From an uncultured Acidobacteriota bacterium (GTDB lineage Bacteria > Acidobacteriota > Thermoanaerobaculia > Multivoradales > UBA5704): DNA of 64,000 nt. Both the position numbers and the translations under genes were made by a program. A model generated the notes under the pieces. The model saw nothing but the letters and a program-made list of their open reading frames with translations, did no database searches and was not told the DNA's origin. Location of the stretch: positions 1,408,001 to 1,472,000 of the forward strand of contig CAVYRF010000002.1 in NCBI GenBank assembly GCA_963770895.1. The letters run 5' to 3'. This document shows positions 57,196 through 64,000 of this stretch, piece after piece (position 1 is the first letter of the stretch; each line of letters opens with the position of its first letter).

Positions 57196-58707
57196 TTACC
57201 CCTCTGGCCGCGCGCCGGTCAATGGTGCGGCGGCGGGCGGTGCCGGGCCGGCCGGCCCGGCGGGATGCAGCTCGAGGCCGCTGACCAGCAGGGTGGGCGC
57301 GCCGATCATGCCGTCCCTGGGCAGAAAGGTAAGGTCGCGGCCGACGCCGGCGATACCGCGCAGCAGCGCCGCGGTGCTGCCGCAGAGCCAGGCGGCGGCG
57401 ACCGGCGCGGCAGCCTGCCCCGCCTCGACGACGAACCCGCACACCGGCACCGCAAAGCGCTCCGCCGCGGCGTCGTAGCGGACGGCGCCGGTGGTTTCGA
57501 CCAGGTAGTGGCCGGCGCGCACCTCGGCCAGCAGCGCGCCGACCGCGACGCGCGGATCGGGGCGCAGGTACAGGTGCGTCGGGCCGGGACTGGGCAGGTC
57601 GCGCCAGCTCGGGCGGCGGACGCAGCCGGTGGCCGCGCCGGGCGCCGCGCCGTCCGCCTGCCACCAGGCCAGGAGCGGCTGACGGAAGATCCCGTCCTGG
57701 ACCAGCACCGCCTCGCCGCAGGGCACGCCTTCGCCGTCGACCGGGCACTCCATCGCACCGCCGGGGAGCCGTCCGTTGTCGATCAGGGTGAGGCGGTCGC
57801 TGCCGATGCGGCCGCGGCGATCGCGCAGCGACGCCACGCGAGCCGCCGCCGCGGGACCGACGAACAGCGGCAGCAGCTGGCCGAGCAGCGCGATCGCCAC
57901 CGGCGGCGCCAGCAGCATCTCGCCGCCGGCCCCTGCCGCCAGCGTGGCGGCGCTGCCGGCGGCCGCGATCGCCAGCCGGTCGGCGATCCGCCGCGCCAGC
58001 GCCGCCGGGTGGAAGTGCCGCGCTTCGCGGGCCGCCACGTAGATGGCGGCGGTCGCGACGGCGCCGCCGCGGCCGGCGCCGGGGCCGGCGGCCTCCAGGC
58101 GCAGGGTGGCAAGGCGCCGGCGCCAGTGCGCCGCCAGGCCGCGGCTGTTGACCAGGTCGCTTTCGCTCGAACCGTCTTCGAGCGCCGCAAGCAGCAGGCG
58201 CGCGCCGGGCAGCTCCGCCGCCAGCTCGCGACCCAGACCCGCCAGCAGCTGCAGCCCTTCGGTTTCGCCGATCAGCGGCGCCGCGAAGTCCGACGGCTCG
58301 ACCCACGCCGGCGCCACCTCCGGCGCCGGCAGGCGGAAGGAGCGGCCCGCCGGCTCGGGCCATCCGGCGCCGTCCGGCCCGCCGCCGCCGGGCGGTTCGC
58401 CGGTGCCGGCGAGGAAGAAGGACGCGCGCCGCCCGCTGGCGCGCACCGCCCAGGCGCGCTCCTGGCTGGCGACGGAGGTGGCGTCGCCCAGCTCCATCAC
58501 CAGGCGGCGCGAGCGGCCGCGCTTGACCAGCACCTCGGCGTCGGGAAGGTTGCGCCGCACCAGGGAGCGCAGGACTTCGTTCAGCCCTTCGCGCAGAACC
58601 GTCGGGGTCGCGGACGCTGCCGGAGCCGCGGACGCCGCCGGGGCGGCCGCTGCCGCCGGCCGCGATGGCGACACGGTCCGCTGGGCGCGCTCAACCCGCT
58701 CAGGCAT
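57196..58707 (-). CDS. pmbA: TldE/PmbA-like protein
   Basis: IGSDRLTLIDNG, PVDGEGVP...LVQDG, APTLLVSGL; no HExxH; adjacent to tldD. Confidence 0.72.
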   Translation of the reverse strand: MPERVERAQRTVSPSRPAAAAAPAASAAPAASATPTVLREGLNEVLRSLVRRNLPDAEVLVKRGRSRRLVMELGDATSVASQERAWAVRASGRRASFFLAGTGEPPGGGGPDGAGWPEPAGRSFRLPAPEVAPAWVEPSDFAAPLIGETEGLQLLAGLGRELAAELPGARLLLAALEDGSSESDLVNSRGLAAHWRRRLATLRLEAAGPGAGRGGAVATAAIYVAAREARHFHPAALARRIADRLAIAAAGSAATLAAGAGGEMLLAPPVAIALLGQLLPLFVGPAAAARVASLRDRRGRIGSDRLTLIDNGRLPGGAMECPVDGEGVPCGEAVLVQDGIFRQPLLAWWQADGAAPGAATGCVRRPSWRDLPSPGPTHLYLRPDPRVAVGALLAEVRAGHYLVETTGAVRYDAAAERFAVPVCGFVVEAGQAAAPVAAAWLCGSTAALLRGIAGVGRDLTFLPRDGMIGAPTLLVSGLELHPAGPAGPAPPAAAPLTGARPEG

Positions 58708-60019
58708 CGGCCGGCTCCACCCGCACACCCTCCAGCCGCAAGGCCGGCGCGGTCGCCCAGACCGGCAGCTTCTGACCGCCCTTGGCGCACCATCCCGCTC
58801 CCGCGGCGACGGCGGTGCGCCCCACCGCGGTGGCGCGCGCCAGCAGGTCGGCGACCTGGCCGCGCAGCACGCACGCCCCCACCGGTTCACCCAGGGCGCC
58901 GCGCCGGATGCGGCGGCCGTAGGGCAGCCGCAGGGTGAATTGCCCCGACAGCGGATCGAGGGAGCCGCGCTCCGCCGCCGCCAGGTAGAGGCCGTCGCCG
59001 GCTTGCGCCAGCAGGTCGGCGTCGGCGGTGTCGCCGGCCACCAGCTCCAGGTGGCTCGACCGCGGGCCGGGCGGCAGGTGGCGGCTGCCGCGGCGGCCGG
59101 CGCCGGGCACCAGCGACGGCGCGACGCGCGCCCAGGCGGCGTCGGCCAGGGGCTGCTCCACCACGCCACCGCGCAGGAGCCAGCGACGGCACACCGGCAG
59201 CCCCTCGTCGTCGCTGGTGCGCCGCACCGAGGGGGGCGCCGCCGCGGGATCGTCGAGCACGTCCAGGCAGGCGGCGCCGAGCGCGATCCCGAGCGCCGCC
59301 TCGGGGCGGCCGCCGCGCGCCAGGGTGTCGGCTTCCAGGGCGTGCGCCACCGCTTCGTGCAGCAGCACCGCCACCGCCTCCGGGCCGAGCACGACGACGC
59401 CATGCAAAGGCGGCGGCGGCGCGGCGTGGCGGGCGCGGAACAGCGCCACGGCCGCCGCCGCCACCTGCTCGGCGGCGGCGGCGTCGAGGCGCGGCAGCAG
59501 CGACCCGTGCCGCCCCAGGGCCGATTCGGCGGTGCAGCTGTAGAAGTCTTCGCTCTGCGCCTCGGCAACCAGCCGCGGCCCCGCCACCTGCAGCCAGCGC
59601 CGGTGGCGCCGCACCGTCAGGCGCACCGGAAAGCCGACGTGATGGGCGCGCACCGCCCGCGCCACCGCGGCCGGAAAGTCCAGCAGCTCGTGCACGTCGA
59701 GCGGCGCGAGCGGCGGGGTGCGCAACGACGGATCGGGATATTCCACCGCCGGCAGGGCGCGCGCCACCTGGCGCAGGGCTTCCGCAAACGGCCGTTCGGC
59801 GATCTGGTCGCGGCTGGCCAGCCAGGTGCGCCGGTCGCGCAGCAGGCGCACCGCAAAGCCCTCTTCGCGCCAGGCGCGCAGCCCCGGACCGGCGTCGTCG
59901 GGAGGCAGCTCCACCTCTTCGCGCCGCTCGAAGTAGGCGTCCACCACATCCTCGGGTTGCTCGGCGATCTGGGAAAGCGCGCGGGCGACTGCGGCCGTGT
60001 CAAGCTCCGACCAAGGCAT
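58700..60019 (-). CDS. tldD: TldD-family metalloprotease
   Basis: LLHEAVAHALEAD, DDEG, GAGRR, GWCAKGGQKLPV...PALRL. Confidence 0.82.
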   Translation of the reverse strand: MPWSELDTAAVARALSQIAEQPEDVVDAYFERREEVELPPDDAGPGLRAWREEGFAVRLLRDRRTWLASRDQIAERPFAEALRQVARALPAVEYPDPSLRTPPLAPLDVHELLDFPAAVARAVRAHHVGFPVRLTVRRHRRWLQVAGPRLVAEAQSEDFYSCTAESALGRHGSLLPRLDAAAAEQVAAAAVALFRARHAAPPPPLHGVVVLGPEAVAVLLHEAVAHALEADTLARGGRPEAALGIALGAACLDVLDDPAAAPPSVRRTSDDEGLPVCRRWLLRGGVVEQPLADAAWARVAPSLVPGAGRRGSRHLPPGPRSSHLELVAGDTADADLLAQAGDGLYLAAAERGSLDPLSGQFTLRLPYGRRIRRGALGEPVGACVLRGQVADLLARATAVGRTAVAAGAGWCAKGGQKLPVWATAPALRLEGVRVEPADA

Positions 60020-60075
60020 CGGGATCGATTGTGGCACAGGTCGCGGGCGATCCCCGCGAACCGGAGGTCGGCCGC

Positions 60076-60125
60076 CCCGCGGCGCGCCGCCGAGAGATCG
60101 GCGATCCCGCGGCGCGCCGCTGAGA
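60076..60125. repeat. Two-copy 20-bp direct repeat (30-bp period) in the tldD/pccB divergent spacer
   Basis: CCCGCGGCGCGCCGC(C/T)GAGA at 60076-60095 and 60106-60125. Confidence 0.6.
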
Positions 60126-60151
60126 TGCCGCTGAGATAAGATCCGCCGGAT

Positions 60152-61723
60152 ATGACCACCGGCCAAGGACGGATCGCGGCAATTGCGGAGCTGGAGCGAC
60201 GGCGGGAAGCCGCCCTGCGCGGCGGCGGCAGCGAGCGCATCGCGCGCCAGCACGCCGCGGGCAAGTTGACCGCGCGGGAACGCATCGAGCTGCTGCTGGA
60301 CGCCGGCTCCTTCGTCGAGATCGACGCCCTGGTGACGCACCGCTGCCGCGACTTCGGCATGGACCAGCAGCACGTGCCCGGCGACGGCGTGGTGTGCGGC
60401 TTCGGCAGCGTCGACCGCAGGCTGGTGTACGTGTTCGCGCAGGACTTCACCGTGTTCGGCGGGTCGCTGTCCGAAACCAACGCGCGCAAAATCTGCAAGG
60501 TGATGGACCTGGCGGTCGAAAACGGCGCGCCGGTCATCGGCCTCAACGATTCGGGCGGCGCCCGCATCCAGGAGGGCGTGGCGTCGCTCGGCGGCTATGC
60601 CGACATCTTCCTGCGCAACACGATGGCCTCGGGGGTGGTGCCGCAGCTGTCGGCGATCATGGGTCCCTGCGCCGGCGGCGCCGTGTATTCGCCGGCGATC
60701 ACCGACTTCATCTTCATGGTGGAGGGGACCAGCTACATGTTCGTCACCGGCCCCGAAGTCATCAAGACGGTGACCCACGAAGAGGTGAGCAAGGAAGATC
60801 TCGGCGGCGCGCTCACCCATGCCGCCAAGAGCGGCGTCTGCCACTTCACCGTCCCCAACGACGCCGCCTGCCTGGCCGGACTGCGCCAGCTGCTGTCCTA
60901 CCTGCCCAGCAACAACCTGGACGATCCGCCGCCGGGGCACAGCGACGACGACCCGGACCGCGAAGCGGAAGCGCTCGACGCCCTGGTGCCCGCCGACCCC
61001 AACCGGCCGTACGACATCAAGCAGCTGATCGCGCAGGTGGCCGACGACGGCGCCTTCCTGGAGGTGCACGCGCAGTACGCCCGCAACATCGTGGTCGGCT
61101 TCGCCCGCTTCGCCAACACCAGCGTCGGCATCGTCGCCAACCAGCCGGGCTATCTCGCCGGCGTGCTCGACATCGACGCGTCCGGCAAGGGGGCCCGGTT
61201 TGTGCGCTTCTGCGACGCGTTCAACATCCCGCTGGTGACGTTCGAAGACGTCCCCGGGTTCCTGCCCGGCACCCAGCAGGAATTTGGCGGCATCATCAAG
61301 CACGGCGCCAAGCTCCTGTTCGCGTTCGCCGAAGCGACCGTCCCCAAGATCACGGTGATCACCCGCAAGGCCTACGGCGGCGCCTACTGCGTGATGGCGA
61401 GCAAACACCTGCGCACCGACGTCAACCTGGCCTACCCGACCGCGGAGATCGCCGTCATGGGACCCGAGGGCGCGGTCAACGTCCTCTACCGGCGCGAGCT
61501 GGAAGAAGCCGGCAGCGACGAAGCGACGCGGGCGCTGCGCAATGAAAAGATCGCCGAGTACCGGGCAAAGTTCTCCAACCCCTACATCGCCGCCGAGCGC
61601 GGATTCCTGGATGCCATCATCGAGCCGCGGCGCACCCGCCCCGAGATCGTGCGGGCGCTGCGCCAGCTCTCCGCCAAGCGCGCCTCGGTACCGCCCAAGA
61701 AGCATGGCAACATCCCGCTGTAG
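60152..61723 (+). CDS. pccB: Propionyl-/methylmalonyl-CoA carboxylase carboxyltransferase (beta) subunit
   Basis: [65 protein letters not shown]. Confidence 0.93.
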   Translation: MTTGQGRIAAIAELERRREAALRGGGSERIARQHAAGKLTARERIELLLDAGSFVEIDALVTHRCRDFGMDQQHVPGDGVVCGFGSVDRRLVYVFAQDFTVFGGSLSETNARKICKVMDLAVENGAPVIGLNDSGGARIQEGVASLGGYADIFLRNTMASGVVPQLSAIMGPCAGGAVYSPAITDFIFMVEGTSYMFVTGPEVIKTVTHEEVSKEDLGGALTHAAKSGVCHFTVPNDAACLAGLRQLLSYLPSNNLDDPPPGHSDDDPDREAEALDALVPADPNRPYDIKQLIAQVADDGAFLEVHAQYARNIVVGFARFANTSVGIVANQPGYLAGVLDIDASGKGARFVRFCDAFNIPLVTFEDVPGFLPGTQQEFGGIIKHGAKLLFAFAEATVPKITVITRKAYGGAYCVMASKHLRTDVNLAYPTAEIAVMGPEGAVNVLYRRELEEAGSDEATRALRNEKIAEYRAKFSNPYIAAERGFLDAIIEPRRTRPEIVRALRQLSAKRASVPPKKHGNIPL

Positions 61724-61858
61724 GCCGTCCGGCCGCTGCCGGAAGTCCCCTGTTTTGCTTGACATCCGGGCTGCCGCTGGGGCAAGCTGCCGTTTGCTTT
61801 GCACGCGGGGAGCTGCCGCGGGGCCGGTCCATGTAGCCAAAGAGGATCGAGGGAACCG

Positions 61859-62272
61859 ATGAGAGAAAAAGACCGAGTCCTGAGACGCCGGCGCCAGCGC
61901 CGGATCAAGCGGTTGAAGCGGCGCAGCCAGCTGGAAGCGCAGCAGAAGGCCGAGCGCGCGCAGGGCTCCAAGCGCGCGGTCAAGAAGCCGCCCGCCGCGG
62001 AATCGGCGGCCACCGCCGCGGCGTCGGCGCACCGCGCGACGGCCGAACCCGCCAGCGCCACGGCGACCGGCAGCGCCGGCGCGACAACCCCGGCAGCCCC
62101 GGCAGCCAGTGCAGCCGCCCCGGCCGCTGCCAAAAAGCCGGCAGCTCCGCGCAAGCCAGCGCCCGCCGCCGGCGCCGCCGAGCCGGCGCCCAAAAAGGCA
62201 GCCGCCGCCAAGAAGGCCGCCGGCGACGATGCCGGCGGCGGCGAAGAAGCCGCCGGCCCCAAGGCCCGCTGA
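61859..62272 (+). CDS. Small basic protein with an Arg-rich N-terminus and Ala/Lys/Pro tail
   Basis: GAGGG RBS; MREKDRVLRRRRQRRIKRLKRR...AAKKPAAPRKPAPAA...KKAAAAKKAA. Confidence 0.6.
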   Translation: MREKDRVLRRRRQRRIKRLKRRSQLEAQQKAERAQGSKRAVKKPPAAESAATAAASAHRATAEPASATATGSAGATTPAAPAASAAAPAAAKKPAAPRKPAPAAGAAEPAPKKAAAAKKAAGDDAGGGEEAAGPKAR

Positions 62273-62425
62273 GCCCCCCAAGGCGCTGGGCTCCGCGGCC
62301 CGCCAGGCCCCCTGGCACCGCGCGGGATCTGCTGAAGCCTGCGCGACGCCGGCTGCGCCCGGCTGACCCTGGACGGAAGGGGACCTGGTCTTCCTTCAAC
62401 CGGCCGCACCCGCGGCCGGACCCGC

Positions 62426-63768
62426 TCACCCCAGGCTGAGGTCCACCGCGGCCGGCGGCACGCCAAGGCGCCGGCGCAGCTCCTGCCGCAGGTCGCCGAT
62501 GAGAAAGATCGAGCCGCAGATCACCAGCACGTCGGCGCCAAGATCCAGGCCGCGGGACAGCGCCGCGGCCGGCTCCGGCTCGCTCCAGACGCGGCACGAT
62601 GGCGTGGTCCCCGCCATTTCCGCCAGGTCCGCCGCCGGCCGTGCGCGCTCACTGGGGGCGGTGGTGACGACCAGGTTGCGGGCGCAGGGGGCCAGATGGC
62701 GGAGCATCGCCGCGACATCCTTGTCGCCCAGCGCGCCGAAGATGAGATCGAGCGTGCATGCCGCCGGCAGCTCGCCGAGCAGCGCGGCCAGGACCTGGGC
62801 GCCCTCGGCATTATGGGCGGCGTCCAGCACCACCCGGCGCCCGGCGGGCAGGGCCACCACCTCGGCGCGTCCCGGCCAGCGGCAAGCGGCCGCTCCGGCC
62901 GCGATCGCGGCCCGGTCGAGCGCCGGAAAGCCGTTCTGCGCCAAGGTTTCGGCCGCCCTCACCGCGAGGCCCAGGTTGCGCGCCTGGTGGCGCCCCAGCA
63001 GGTGCAGCTGGTATTGCGCGCTGCCCGCCGGCGTCCGCAGCGTCAGCTCCTGCCCCTGCCAGGGTGCCAGCCGGCGGTCTTCCACGACCACCTGGTGATC
63101 GGCGGCGGCCCATGCGGCGCCGGCGGCTGCTGCCGCCTCGCCCAGCGCCGCCGCCGCCTCGGGAGCTTCCACCCACGACAGCGCCGGGCGGCCGCGGCGC
63201 AGGATGCCGGCCTTTTCGCGCGCGATCGCGGCCAGGGTGTCGCCCAACAGCTCGCGGTGCTCCAGGCTGATCGAAGTGATCAGCGAGAGCACCGGTTCGC
63301 ACAGGTTGGTGGCATCCAGACGCCCCCCAGGCCGACCTCCACCACCGCCAGGTCGACCTTCTCGGCCGCGAACCACAGGAAGGCCGCGGCGGTGAGGGCC
63401 TCGAAGTAGGTGGGCAGGTGGCCCAGGCGACCTTCGGCGCAGTCCACCACCTGGGTCAGCAGCTCCCCCAGCCGCTCGGCGGGCACGGCGCATCCGTCCA
63501 GGCGCAGACGCTCTTCGACCGATTCCAGGTGCGGCGAGGTGTACAGGGCGGTACGGTAGCCGGCGGCCTGGGCCATTGCCGCCAGCAGCGCCGAGGTGGA
63601 ACCCTTGCCGTTGCTGCCGGCGACCAGCACGGTCGGGTAGCGCAGCTGCGGCGCGCCGAGCGCGTCCAGCAGCCGCCGCGTGCTGTCCAGACCCAGCCGG
63701 ATGCCCAGCGTCTCCAGGCGGCCCAGGATCGCTGCTGTGGCGGCGGCGGACAGGGAGGCGGAGCTCAG
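62426..63768 (-). pseudogene. folC: Folylpolyglutamate synthase/dihydrofolate synthase, frameshifted in a G-run (possibly a sequencing error)
   Basis: The N-part (VAGSNGKGS, YTSPHL, TYFEALT, VEVGLGG) and C-part (RLDATN, IAREKAGI, WPGR, LDAAHN, CGSIFL) are in different frames; the break is at the C6 run 63323-63328. Confidence 0.85.
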
Positions 63769-64000
63769 ACGAGATGGCGCAGGCAGCGCGCCAGGGTGTC
63801 CTTCAGATCGGCGCGCGGCACCACCATGTCCAGAAAGCCGTGTGCCAGCAGGAACTCGCTGCGCTGAAATCCGTCCGGCAGGCTTTGGCGAATGGTCTGT
63901 TCGATGACGCGGGGCCCGGCAAAGCCGATGAGGGCGCCCGGTTCGGCCACGTTGAGGTCGCCCAGCATGGCGAACGACGCGGTGACGCCGCCGGTGGTCG
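63765..64000 (-). CDS. accD: Acetyl-CoA carboxylase carboxyltransferase beta subunit, C-terminal part
   Basis: [43 protein letters not shown]; classic accD-folC order. Confidence 0.93.
   Translation of the reverse strand, partial: TTGGVTASFAMLGDLNVAEPGALIGFAGPRVIEQTIRQSLPDGFQRSEFLLAHGFLDMVVPRADLKDTLARCLRHLV

Noticed and set aside
60040-60140. Possible mini-CRISPR array
   Set aside because: There are only two GC-rich copies with a 10-bp spacer and no cas genes.

Overview
This is a very GC-rich bacterial chromosomal segment. Gene content and style suggest an Acidobacteriota/Thermoanaerobaculia-like organism, which is an inference only. I recognised no rRNA, tRNA, CRISPR array, integrase or transposase. 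Main blocks: (1) 1-19 kb: acyl-CoA carboxylase biotin subunits, then a cell-surface glycosylation region (UbiA-type prenyl-phosphate phosphoribosyltransferase, flippase-like protein, GT2, GT4, methyltransferase, four multi-TM GT-C/YfhO-like proteins) interrupted by two small toxin-antitoxin-like pairs and an amidohydrolase. (2) 19.5-28.7 kb: an accessory region with two Cys/Thr/Ser-rich peptides not called as separate ORFs in the track (19780-19938 and 27031-27231). They share a conserved RiPP-type leader. The block also holds a TPR protein, secreted proteins, an S53 sedolisin and an ArsR-SRPBCC operon. (3) 28.7-37.3 kb: more glycan genes (GT39-TPR, DegT aminotransferase, GT-C) and tandem M20 peptidases. 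(4) 37.3-52.8 kb: a type IV pilus locus with a sigma54-driven GspG-like pilin, a YfhO-like GT-C, pilD, pilS, pilV/W/X/Y1 and pilR. (5) 52.8-64 kb: selA, ychF, tldE/tldD, pccB, a frameshifted folC and accD. The best candidates for novel systems are a dispersed orphan lanthipeptide-like precursor family with no maturase in the window, and a GT-C-based pilus/surface-protein glycosylation system.
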